Position numbers and translations under genes: made by a program. A stretch of DNA of 64,000 nt from an uncultured Armatimonadia bacterium (GTDB lineage: Bacteria; Armatimonadota; Zipacnadia; CAVVLO01): the NCBI GenBank assembly GCA_963749155.1, contig CAVVLO010000005.1:96001-160000 (forward strand), in the 5' to 3' direction. Positions 38,619 to 49,153 of the stretch are shown here, piece after piece (position 1 is the stretch's first letter; every line of letters starts with the position of its first letter). A model generated the notes under the pieces. It saw nothing but the letters and a program-made list of their open reading frames with translations, was not told the DNA's origin and did not search any database.

Positions 38619-41600
38619 ATGAAGCTGCTGCGGACACAACTGAATAAGAGGCGCCTCCTGGCCTGGTTGACGGCAATGCTGTTTGCCATCAACTCGGTCG
38701 TGCCTGGCTTCGCCTTCGCTCAGACCGCGCAGCCCGAGCAGCCCGCGTCCGAGACCACCGAGCCGCAGTTGGTTCTGCGCACCGATTTGGCCGCAAGCTG
38801 GGAGCCGAATCAGCAGGCGCAGACGACTGAAGAAGGCCAGGTCGAGGCGTCGGCTCCAGTCGATCCGCTGAAGGCCGAGATCACTGTCAAGGGCAAGCCC
38901 TTCGAGGTTACCTTCAACGGGCAGAACGCAGCTGATCCTTACAGTATGGGCCGCAAGGAAGTCGCCCCTGGCAGCGAGACAGTATGGCGCGGCCAGACAG
39001 TAGGCGGCCAGGTGACCTGGAAGCAACTGCGGCGAGATATCGAATATTACATCCTGAGTTATGAGGATGGACTTATCGGTTTCAGCAAGGCCATCCCCGT
39101 CGAGACCCAGATCAAGGTGAAGGGCTGGGCCGAGGGCGAAGAGACCCAGGTTGGTCGGAGCAATGGCATAGTTGGCGGCGGCAAGCTTCAGCTTTCCAGC
39201 AAGCTGAAGATGTCCTTCAGCGCGACCAGCGACCCGAAGAAGAACCTCTCTTCGATGGGCCTGCGCCAGGAAGCCGATTTCGGCGGACTAAAGTTCAACA
39301 GCAGCTACTACACAAGCGGCACGACCGAGCAGTCGTACCGTACGGCTTATACACGCCAAGTGGCCTCCAAGATGGCCGCAGGCGCTACGAAGGAAGACCT
39401 GAGCAATTTCAAGCCCGAGTTCAGCGACGCGCGCCAGGGCACGGCCTTTATGGTCGACAACGGCGCCCTGAAAGTCGGGAAGAACCAGGTCGACTTCTTC
39501 TACCGCAAAGCCGACAAGTCTTTCACGCTGACCGACACGGACCAGAGCTATCTGAACCAGTTCGCCAGCACGATGGGGCTGTCTGGAAGTAAGGCAGCCG
39601 ATCTGCTCGAGCAGGTGCGCGGGCGCGAGATGTGGGGCGTCAAGACAGGGATGTCCTTCAAGGACACTCTGTCGGTGAGCTACAACCAGCTCAGCTCCAG
39701 CACTGAGGGCGGCGCCTCGGGCGATGCCCGGATGATAGCGGCCAACGCCAAGCTGGGCAGCAAGGGCAGCCTCAGTTATACGATACGCGAGGTGGACGCG
39801 GGCTTCGATTTCTCGGCGAAGGACGAGGCCATGCGGTCTCGCTTCACCGAGGGATTCGGCGTTAGTGGCGACGCGAACAAGGCACTGAACGGCACGCGCG
39901 GCAGCAAGGTATCCATCCTGGCTTCCGAACTGGCGCCGAGTGACAAGCTCAAGCTCAGCTACAAGAGTTTCGCCACCCAGTATGGCGAGGAGAAGCAGGG
40001 CAGTGCTTCGGTGGCCAATATCAGCACCTCGGCTGACAAGTTGCAACTGTCGTTGCGGTATCGCAAGGCGGATGGCAACTTCAACCTGAACCAGAGCGAC
40101 GAGACCTTGTGGCAGAGCTTCCGGAGCGATTATGGTGTTGGTGGCAACAACGCCGGTGAGGTTGTTGCACAGGCGCGCGATCGCTCCTATATGGACCTGA
40201 ACGCCAGCTACAAGTTGAGCCCGAAGCTGGGCTTCCAGTTCTCGCGCAACACAGTAGATTACGGGAAGCAGTCCATCGGACGCGCCAATGCCAAAGACAC
40301 CGTGGATAACTGGCGGATGGACTGGGACAATGGGCCGCGTTTGAAGGTCAACTACGCGACCACCAACTGGACAGGTCACGACAAGCTGAGCGGCAACGAG
40401 GCTATCAACAAATACAACGTGTTGAATGTAGCCAGCCAGTTGCCTGTTGCCGGAAAGGACTTCAGCTTCAACTATAAGCGCGAGCTGACAACTACGGATG
40501 GTAACACCCGAGATGTCACAGGCGCTGCCGAGACACTGAAGCAGAGCTACAACCTGGAAGGCAGCGTGCTGCCGAACTTCAAGCTCAAGGCCGACCTGGT
40601 GACGACCGGCTTTAACTCGACCGCTCCAGACCAGAAGTCGATGAACGTCGAACTCTGGGGCCAGGGGCGTATCAAGGGGATCAATGCAGAGTTCAAGGAA
40701 GCGCCCATTTTGGCCTATCGCACGCGCGACAATAGCGATGGCGTGACGACCAGAGAGGCGCTGGAACTCAATGGCCCAGGCTTCAAGCTGGGCGACAAGT
40801 TGATGGGCAACTTCAACTACAGCCGCACCAGAGATAATGGAGAGATTGAAAATACTTTCCAGCAGCTTGGTATTTCGTATGAGCTGTCGGGCGACTTGAA
40901 GCTCAACCTGGCTTACCGTAATTCTGAGCAGAAGGCCATAGGGCCAGATGCCAAGAGTCGGGCCCTTGATGTATGGGCGCAGACCAGATATACCAATGGT
41001 GGCCTCGAGTGGGCCATGGATTCAAAGACCAAGCTGTCCGCAAGCTGGGACCGGTTGGCCGATAAGGGCGCAATGACTTCCGGGCAATAAGTCACTTAGC
41101 TTGAACCGCGATGTCAGCGGTCTGTTTGGACTGGACGAAGGGAGTTCATTGGCCTTTAGTTATGGCAGCGTCAATACCCGCAGTCAGATGCAGAAGAACA
41201 AGGCCAGCGTTAGTGGCGTACTCAAGCTCGGAAATGGCACCACGCTCGAGGGCGAGTATTCGCACTGGCGCGGCTGGCACAACGTCGGCAACGAGGGTAT
41301 GACGACCAAGAAGCTGAAGCTCGAGACGACTCTCGACTTCCTGGGTGACGCCAAGCTGAGCTACAATTATGGCGCCAATCCGCTCGAGAAAAAGGACAAT
41401 AAGGACATCGTAATTGGTGACAAGGCCTGGCGCACCTTGATGTTGACCGGTTCGCTGGATCAGGTAAAGGGATTGACCTATAGCTTCGCAATCCAGAATG
41501 GTCGCAACCAGGCAGGCGCAAATTACGACCGGCTGACTCAACTGCAGCTTAACCAGAGCTTCGGCAATCGCCAGCTTGGGCTGACCCTTGGTACGGCCGG

Positions 41601-41766
41601 CTTCAGCAATACTGGTGGCGGCAGCATGAGCGACTTCTACAGCTTCAGCTATCAGGAGACGCTGAAGGGCGGTCAGGCCATCAAGGTGACCCTGACCGAC
41701 GACCCAGGCCGGTTCAGTACCAAGAACGGCACCGAGATCTGGGCAGAATACAGTACTGATTTCTAG
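38619..41766 (+). CDS. large secreted beta-strand-rich, repeat-containing protein, candidate outer-membrane/surface protein (+1 frameshift in GGG at 41082-41084 joins ORFs 38601-41090 and 41101-41766)
   Basis: Signal peptide ending AFA-Q, amphipathic beta strands, ~93-aa repeats, C-terminus WAEYSTDF. Removing one G gives the continuous reading SGNKSLSLNRD. Confidence 0.7.
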
Positions 41767-41789
41767 AGTCGGTTACAGTAAATCCACAA

Positions 41790-41825
41790 GAAGCGGGCTG
41801 ACTTCGGTCGGCCCGCTTTCGGTTT
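41790..41825 (+). terminator. intrinsic terminator (UUCG loop)
   Basis: AAGCGGGCTGAC-TTCG-GTCGGCCCGCTT followed by TCGGTTT. Confidence 0.75.
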
Positions 41826-41867
41826 GGCAGGCAGCGGTGCTATTATCACCGCGGTGCGCCAATAAAG

Positions 41868-43703
41868 GTGAAAAAAATCGAACAACTGCTTTGCCAGATC
41901 GAGAAACCTGGCCGGTATATAGGTAAGGAGCACAACGCAGTCTCGAAGCCTGATGAAGGTATCGAGGTACGCGGAGTGCTGGCGTATCCCGATGTCTATG
42001 AACTCGGGATGGCCAACCTGGGAATTGCTATCCTTTACGAGGCTGTCAATCGGCTTCCCTGGGCGGCTTGTGAGCGCGTATACCTGCCCTGGCCCGATTT
42101 GGCTGAACGACTGCGCGCTGATCAGATCCCCCTTTGGTCTCTGGAATCCCAGCGCCCTGTGTGCGAGGCCGACTTCCTCGGTATTACTTTGCAATATGAA
42201 CTGACCTATCCCGGCGTACTTGAGTTGATTGACCTTTCGGGTATCCCTCTGCTTACTTCCGAACGCGCAGAAGAAGCCCCCTTCGTAATCGGGGGTGGGC
42301 CGTGCGCGCTTAATCCTGAGCCTCTGGCGCCCTTCTTCGATGCCGTGTTGGTCGGTGAAGGGGAGGAGGCGCTGGTCGAGTTCTGCAAGCTTGTGCGAGA
42401 GCGTAAAGAGGAAGGCTTCTCCCGGTTGGAGCTTAAGCGCAGGCTGGCGCAACTGGAAGGCTGGTATGTGCCAGAGTTTTACACAGTCCCAGTTGATGCT
42501 TCAGGCCAGGTGGGGAAGGTCCAGGTGTCGGATAACGCCCCTGCCGAGGTCTCTCGCCGAGTTGTGGCAGACCTCGACAAGGCCGTCTATCCGACAAGCC
42601 CTCTTGTGCCCTACATCGAGGTAACTCACGATCGCGCGGTGCTTGAGGTTATGCGTGGTTGCACCCGCGGCTGCCGGTTCTGTCAGGCAGGGGCTGCATA
42701 TCGGCCTGTCCGGGAGCGCAGCACCGAGGTGCTGGTTGAGCAGGCACGAGAGATACTGACCAACACTGGCGCTGAAGAGATCTCTCTGGTGTCGCTCAGC
42801 ACTACCGACCATAGTGACATCCAGGCTTTGGTGGAGGCTCTGCTCGAAGTATGCGAGCCTCTTCAGGTGAATGTCTCGCTGCCGTCTTTGCGCGTCGATG
42901 CAATGGATATTGGCCTGGCGGAACGCCTTGCGACTGTTCGCAAGGGGGGTATGACGCTGGCGCCCGAGGCGGGAACTCAGCGACTACGCAACGTCATCAA
43001 CAAGCAGGTAACCGAGCAGAGCCTGCTTGAGGCCACCGAGGCTGCTTTTGAGGCGGGCTGGAATACCATAAAGCTCTACTTTATGTTGGGGCTGCCTACC
43101 GAGACAGACGAAGACCTGCTGGGCATCGCCGACCTGGCCCGCAAGGTGCACTCTCAGGGACGCGAACTGCGCGGGGGCAGAGCGCAGGTAAATGTAAGCG
43201 TTGCGACTTTTGTGCCCAAGCCTCATACGCCTTACCAGTGGCTCGGTCAGATACCGCGCGATGAGATAGAGCGCAGACAGCGGTTGTTGAAGGACGCTTT
43301 TCATCGCTTGCGCGGAGTAAATCTCAAGCTGCACGCGCCTTCCCAGAGCCTTATCGAGGCCTTGCTTGCGCGCGGCGACAGGCGACTGGCTGACGTGGTG
43401 CTTGCGGTGTGGAAGAGGGGCGCCAGGTTTGAAGGCTGGCGCGAATATTTTAGTATGCAGCGCTGGCAGGAGGCGCTTTCCGAGACAGGACTCGAGCTGG
43501 AGCAGTATGCGAGCAGCCCCCGCAAGCTGAACGAAAGGCTGCCCTGGGACCAGCTCTCCTCGCGCGTTACCAAGGCCTTTCTTGCGCTGGAATTGCAGAA
43601 GTCAGAGGCCGGCTCGCTCACCCCTGACTGCCGGTTTGGCCCTTGCAGTGACTGTGGCGCATGCGATTCGCGGTTGAAGAACCGGCTTTGCAGGAGCAGC
43701 TAA
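41868..43703 (+). CDS. TIGR03960 family B12-binding-domain radical SAM protein
   Basis: KPGRYIG.E, YPDVYELGM, EVMRGCTRGCRFC, TLAPEAGTQRLR, FVPKPHTP, C-terminal C...C..CG.C. Confidence 0.9.
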   Translation: MKKIEQLLCQIEKPGRYIGKEHNAVSKPDEGIEVRGVLAYPDVYELGMANLGIAILYEAVNRLPWAACERVYLPWPDLAERLRADQIPLWSLESQRPVCEADFLGITLQYELTYPGVLELIDLSGIPLLTSERAEEAPFVIGGGPCALNPEPLAPFFDAVLVGEGEEALVEFCKLVRERKEEGFSRLELKRRLAQLEGWYVPEFYTVPVDASGQVGKVQVSDNAPAEVSRRVVADLDKAVYPTSPLVPYIEVTHDRAVLEVMRGCTRGCRFCQAGAAYRPVRERSTEVLVEQAREILTNTGAEEISLVSLSTTDHSDIQALVEALLEVCEPLQVNVSLPSLRVDAMDIGLAERLATVRKGGMTLAPEAGTQRLRNVINKQVTEQSLLEATEAAFEAGWNTIKLYFMLGLPTETDEDLLGIADLARKVHSQGRELRGGRAQVNVSVATFVPKPHTPYQWLGQIPRDEIERRQRLLKDAFHRLRGVNLKLHAPSQSLIEALLARGDRRLADVVLAVWKRGARFEGWREYFSMQRWQEALSETGLELEQYASSPRKLNERLPWDQLSSRVTKAFLALELQKSEAGSLTPDCRFGPCSDCGACDSRLKNRLCRSS

Positions 43704-44369
43704 TGCAAGGATTAGTACTCAGATTCCAGAAAAGCCGCGACATCCGGTTTATTGGTCACCTGGATTTACATCGAGCCCTGGGCAGGACCTTCCGTAGAGC
43801 GGGTTTACCGCTTGCCTATTCCAGTGGATTCAATCCCCAGCCCCAGTTGGTTATCGCACGGCCACTTGCCAGTCTGCGCCTGGGGAAGCAACGAACTGCT
43901 TCATGCACGATTCGAGCAGGCGGTTGCTCCGCTTGAAGTGATGAAAGCGCTCGCGAAATCCACTCCACCTGGCCTGAGCTTCCTCTCTGCTGAGCCCTAT
44001 GAGGGCAAATCGCCTTTTGCGGAGATTGACCAGGAAGAATATCGCCTGGTTTTCTGCACCACCAGTCCGCCCGAGCCATCGGAATTAAACGTCCAGGCGC
44101 AGGCGTTGCTTGCCGAGGGATTTAACGTGGTGCGAGACCACAAAGGCAAGCATGTCAGCCTGACACTTGCCGAGTATCTGGTCGCGTTTGAAGCTGTTGG
44201 TTGCGGCGAGGCTGGCTACAACGTATCATATACTGCAAGACTCGATTTACAGCGGGCCCTTAGGCCTGCCGAAGTAATGAAGCTCCTTCAGCAGCTTGTG
44301 CCGGATGCCCAGTTGCTGGAGCTTGAGCGTATCCGCTTGATAGCGAGTAATGGGAGAAACCAGGTTTGA
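43703..44369 (+). CDS. TIGR03936 family radical SAM-associated protein (DUF2344) (+1 frameshift near 43866)
   Basis: RFIGHLDL.R...R.FRRAGLPLAYSSGFNPQP, then LPV..E and the C-terminal LRP motif in the next frame. Confidence 0.88.
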
Positions 44370-45935
44370 AGAAGATCATCGCCGATGTGGGCATTATTGA
44401 GACCCGCATCGCAGTGCTTGAAGACGACAAGCTCGTAGAATTGAAATACGAGCGCGAACACCGCCTGGTAGGCAATATCTACAAAGGCAAAATCAAAGAC
44501 GTAATCCCCGGAATGGATTGCGCTTTCGTTGAGATAGGCCTGCCCCGATCAGCTTTTTTGCATGTCTCGGACGTCCATCTGCCTGGCGAAGAAGAAGCTA
44601 GCGAAGAGCCCCAACACAAGCCAGTGGACCAGGTGCTGCGGCCAGGCCAGGACCTGTTGGTCCAGGTCACCAAAGAGCCGATGGGCAGCAAAGGCGCCCG
44701 AGTCACCACCCGGATTGCCCTCCCCGCGCGATTCCTGGTTTTGATGCCGAAAGGCCATCTGATTGGCGTCTCGCGTACAATTGACAGCGCCGAAGAGCGG
44801 GCAAGACTCCGAGAACTCGCCACTAAAATCAAGCCCAAAGATATGGGGCTTATCGTCCGCACTGAGGCCGAAGGCGCTCAGCAGAAGGAACTAAAGGCTG
44901 ACTTGGCCTACCTGCGCAAAATATGGCGAGAGATAGAGCAAGCAATGCGCAAGCAGGAAGCGCCCTATATGCTTTATCAGGACGTCAGCCTCCTCTACAG
45001 CGTCATCCGCGATATGCTAAGCGATGATGTAGAAGAGTTCCTCATCAATACCTCAGAAGATTATGACCGCGCGCGCGATCTGGTGCGCGAATTCGCCCCC
45101 CATCTTATCGACCGAGTCAAAAGGCTTCGCGGTAAACAGCCTCTCTTTACCAAATACGGGCTGGAAGAAGAGATCGAGAAGCTTTATCAGCCGGCGAGTC
45201 TGGCTGCCCAGTGGGGGCAATGTTTCGATTGACGAGACCGAAGCGCTGGTCTCAATTGACGTCAACACCGCCAAGTTCACCGGAGAGCGCAACCTGGCAC
45301 GGACAGTCTTCAAGACCAACCTCGAGGCCTGTGATGAGATAGCCAGGCAGCTCCGACTGCGCCAACTCGGAGGCCAGGTTGTCATCGACTTCATCGATAT
45401 GGAATCAGCCAACGAGCGCCGGCAGGTGCAGAATCGCCTGAAGGAAGCGCTGGCGAAGGATCGCGCCAAGACGCGCGTGGTGAGTTTTTCCAGCCTCAAT
45501 ATCGCCGAGATGACCCGCAAACGCACTGGGGAGAGCCTCTCAAAGACCCTGACAGTCAACTGCCCCTATTGTGATGGGCGGGGCAGAACACGTGCCCCCG
45601 AGACACTGGCAGGAGAGATAGCTCGCAGGCTGCAGCAACTGCGCGATGAGAATGAAGGGGAGGTTTCCCTCATTGTTCACGCGCACAGTGATGTCTGTGC
45701 CGCGCTGCTTGGGGAGAACGAAGATGGCCTGATGGAGTTGCAGGAGGCCCTGGGCGCCCAGGTACTGCTGCATCCTGATCCGACAGCCCAACTCGACAAG
45801 TTTCAGCTTAGCTCGATTGTGGCCCCACCACCACCTACCAAGAAGCGCAAGCGTCGCCGGCGCAAGAAGTCGGAAGAAGATGGATCACCTGAAACGGGTG
45901 ATGAAGGCACTAGTGAGACTGAGCAGGAAGAGTAA
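44366..45935 (+). CDS. rng: Rne/Rng family ribonuclease (RNase G-like) (+1 frameshift in TTT at 45183-45185)
   Basis: GNIYKG, AFV, VQVTKEPMGSKGARVT, GLIVRT, TEALVSIDVNT, IARQLRLRQLGG..VIDFIDM, CPYC. Confidence 0.93.
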
Positions 45936-47316
45936 GCGGTAAGCTTACAATAAACTTTGCGCCTTTGCCGGGGCTGGACTCTACTTCGAGTCGGCCCCGG
46001 TGAGTTTTTTCAATGATCCGCTTGCTGACATAAAGCCCCAGTCCCGTTCCCCCAGAACTTTGCTTCGTAGTAAAAAACGGCTCGAAGAGCTTGCCCAGTT
46101 TGTCGGAGGCGATGCCGGGCCCGTTGTCACTGACAGTAACCACGGCTTCTCGGTCCTTCTGCACAAGCTCCAGGTGTATCTCCCCGCTCGATTCGACAGC
46201 CTGGATGGCGTTCTGGATCAGGTTGAGGAAGACCTGTCTCAGTTGCTCGGAGTCCGCCTCGATGATAAGGGGCTCGCTTGGCGGGGTGAAAGCAAGAATA
46301 ATCTCCCGGCGCCTGGCGTCTTCTCCCGCAAGCAGAGCCATATCGCCAAGCAGCGCGCCCAGATCGCACTCTCGCAAGGTAAAACGAGAAGGGCGCGAGA
46401 GTTGGCCGAGGCTTTGAGTAAGCCCTCGCAGGCGCGAGACTTCGCTTCTTATGACGCCAAGACTCTTGGCCTCGGGGCCGTCCTCGAATCTGGTCAGCAT
46501 GACATCCGCATGGAGCATTATGGCGGTCAGCGGGTTGTTCATCTCATGCGCGACAACACTGGCCAGGTTGGCGATAGCCTGACCTTTCTGTTCCTGCATT
46601 GAATAGAGTTCGGCTTCGTGGCGCGCTTCGAGGTGTTCCTGGTTCTCGGCAAGCACATTAAGGTAGATGGCGATTAACACAGCAACGAGGAAGACAGCCC
46701 TGGTAGCGAGTTCGAAAATCAGCAGTAGAGAAGCCATCTGGCCAACAGGAAAGCTGCTTGCCGCAGCGGAGAAACCAGCCGAACTGACCAAAGCCCAAAG
46801 TGCGGTCAGCAGCGGGATACGCGCAGCCAGATTGTAATAGCGGATGGCGGCACTGGCTTTCCAGGCTATTAAACAGGCGGCCACGACCAGGACCAGGTGG
46901 AGGGGCAACCAGCCAGGTGCTGGCAGTCCGGTTGGCGTGTTCTGATGCAGGCACTGAAGGATTATTAAGGCCAGGCCCAGAAGTGAAAATCCAAATATAC
47001 CGCGCACCAGGGGCGCATCGCGCTGTTCGAGCAGATGATCTCGGACTGCTCCATAACCGAGTGCCAGCAGCAGAGCGCAGTTGAGCGCCTGAGCACCCGC
47101 GGATATATCAAAAAGCAGACACTTGCTCGAGGCGGCAAATCCAAGGGCTAGCAGGCGGATGACAAGTGCAAAGCCAAGAGCTATCGCGAGGAGCAGGAAG
47201 GAGCGACTGCCGTCCCTGCGCGCTTCGCTGGCTGCCATCACGAGCGCGACAAGGACCAGGGGCAGCAGCGTCAGATCGAGCACAATCTGGGTGCGCTGTA
47301 GGAAGAGAGCTTGCAT
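45910..47316 (-). CDS. membrane-bound sensor histidine kinase (HisKA + HATPase_c)
   Basis: Multi-TM N-terminus, AHEMNNPL H-box, QVFLNLIQNA, DNGPGI, FEPFFTTK, GTGLGL. Confidence 0.93.
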   Translation of the reverse strand: MQALFLQRTQIVLDLTLLPLVLVALVMAASEARRDGSRSFLLLAIALGFALVIRLLALGFAASSKCLLFDISAGAQALNCALLLALGYGAVRDHLLEQRDAPLVRGIFGFSLLGLALIILQCLHQNTPTGLPAPGWLPLHLVLVVAACLIAWKASAAIRYYNLAARIPLLTALWALVSSAGFSAAASSFPVGQMASLLLIFELATRAVFLVAVLIAIYLNVLAENQEHLEARHEAELYSMQEQKGQAIANLASVVAHEMNNPLTAIMLHADVMLTRFEDGPEAKSLGVIRSEVSRLRGLTQSLGQLSRPSRFTLRECDLGALLGDMALLAGEDARRREIILAFTPPSEPLIIEADSEQLRQVFLNLIQNAIQAVESSGEIHLELVQKDREAVVTVSDNGPGIASDKLGKLFEPFFTTKQSSGGTGLGLYVSKRIIEKTHRGRLEVESSPGKGAKFIVSLPLTLPAQSH

Positions 47317-47323
47317 AGGCTGG

Positions 47324-47735
47324 CTAGTTGCCTGTCAGCCCCCCGGGATTATCGAAGGTTGTCGTATGAACGACCTCCACCTGAGAGGCTCCGCCGGCTG
47401 CGAGCTGGTTGATTGCCCAGACCTCGGCTTTGCTAAGGCTCAGAGGTTTATATTCTTGCAGCACTCCATCCTTGAAGAGCTGGATACGCGCCCGACAGGC
47501 AAAAGGATAATCGCGAGTGGCCTCTTTCTCAAGGCTGTCTCCCCCAGCTGTCTCAGCCAGGTCTGACCTGCCCTTGTGACGAGCTGGCAGGCTTCGTGAA
47601 GCCTTGCCAAAGCACGAGCGACAGCAAGCCGGCATTTATTACCAGCAACACAAGACCAATCCTCACCGAGATCGTTATAAGTCGCTGGGTTGTTTCCAGC
47701 GAGGCTTCCTTGCGCAGCTCACTTCGAAAGGCCAT
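47324..47735 (-). CDS. hypothetical single-TM protein (+1 frameshift near 47565 joins two ORFs)
   Basis: AGAAGGA RBS upstream. ORFs 47553-47735 and 47324-47635 overlap with a one-base offset and fill the gap between comB and the kinase. Confidence 0.55.
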
Positions 47736-47756
47736 CCTGGTCCTTCCTTCTGGTGA

Positions 47757-48521
47757 TTAATCCTGCCAGTGGATAAGCAGTTTGATAAACTCTGGTGACT
47801 CTGACACTGCCCTGGAACGCACAGGCACAGCAGGCAGCAAGTCTTCCTGGGCACAAAACCAGAGGTCTTGCTCAAGCCCCAGGCTAGTAAGTTTGCTGCC
47901 GTGCTCGGAACGCTCGAAAATTTTCAGCAGCCCTTCAGTTGCAAGCAACTGCTGATATTTGTCATACTCCTCGGAAGCCTGAAGCGCGCAACCCAGAGCA
48001 ATCAGCCGGCTTGCCAGGAGGGCGCTCGCTGCCCAGTCTTCGAGGGGAAAGACCGGCGGTACAGCTTCTGAACCGGCTGCCAGCACCACGAGGGGGCGGC
48101 TGGCTTCAACAGCAAGCCTGAAGGCCAGCTTTGTAGCTGCCCTGGCGTTGATGGGCGCCGCAACAAGGGCTGCGCAATCAGGAGAAAGCCCGGCAAGACG
48201 CTGGGCGCCAGTGGTGGAGGTAAAGACGACTCGCTTGCCCCGGAGACGCGCTCCGAGGGCTTCGAGGGGAGAGTTACCCAGAGCGAAACCTTCTGGGGGC
48301 AGTCCACCTCTTTCGCCAGCGAGTACCGTGCCTGGGTGTCCCAGGGCCAGTTTACGAGCCTCGTCGACCTCTCGAGTGACATACAGGGCGCGAGGGTGTC
48401 TTGAGGCAAGCACGGCCAGGGTGGTGGAGGCGCGCAGGACATCGACCACCAGCGTGACAGCCTGCAGGCGGTTTGCGAGAGCTAGTCCAGATTGGCCTTC
48501 CGCGAGGTGGAGCAAGACCAT
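47757..48521 (-). CDS. comB: 2-phosphosulfolactate phosphatase family protein
   Basis: VVDVLRASTT, LAGERGG, GF.LGNSP, TSTTG, ED. Confidence 0.88.
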   Translation of the reverse strand: MVLLHLAEGQSGLALANRLQAVTLVVDVLRASTTLAVLASRHPRALYVTREVDEARKLALGHPGTVLAGERGGLPPEGFALGNSPLEALGARLRGKRVVFTSTTGAQRLAGLSPDCAALVAAPINARAATKLAFRLAVEASRPLVVLAAGSEAVPPVFPLEDWAASALLASRLIALGCALQASEEYDKYQQLLATEGLLKIFERSEHGSKLTSLGLEQDLWFCAQEDLLPAVPVRSRAVSESPEFIKLLIHWQD

Positions 48522-48676
48522 ATTGGCGAATCCTCCCGGACGTCGTATTATAGCGGAGACAGAAGGCCAATTCGGCCAAGTCTAGTTAGGTGGAAACGAG
48601 CGCCGTTTACCTTCTGTTTGCATTTTGAGCCTACCAGTTTATCTGCTTTCGGGCAGAAGGGCCCAAGGAGCCAAAT

Positions 48677-49153
48677 ATGACCTGGATAGACCTGCTTATC
48701 TTCCCGCTTTTGGTGCTTGGTATATACCTTTACAGCAAGCAGGGAGTATTGGCTGCGCTAATCACTATGCTGCTAATGCTTGGGTATACCAAACTCATCG
48801 TCACAATGTACCACCCGCCGGTACTTGATGGGGTGCCGCAGACTTCGTGGAATTTCTTCATAATGTATTTGGCCGGTGCTGTGGTGGTGATTGGCGCCTG
48901 TTTTGCAGTGACCGCCTATTCATCGTTCAATCCAGGCGATGACGTCCTCGAGTCAGTGGGGGGAGGCATCTTCGGGTTGATTGTCGCCTGGTGCCTTTGC
49001 TATGGGCTTATACATGGCTTGCTGCTTGCCTATGGCACGGCTTCCGATGTCGGGGCGGCGGTGACAAATTCGCTGCTGGCCGACCAGGTATATTTCTTCA
49101 AGATGTTCAAGAGCGGCGCTGATGTGATGGAAGGCCTCGGGAATTATGACTGA
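48677..49153 (+). CDS. membrane protein, CvpA-like
   Basis: MTWIDL start, about 4 TM segments, GGGIFG and NSLL motifs. AAGGAG RBS. Confidence 0.5.
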   Translation: MTWIDLLIFPLLVLGIYLYSKQGVLAALITMLLMLGYTKLIVTMYHPPVLDGVPQTSWNFFIMYLAGAVVVIGACFAVTAYSSFNPGDDVLESVGGGIFGLIVAWCLCYGLIHGLLLAYGTASDVGAAVTNSLLADQVYFFKMFKSGADVMEGLGNYD

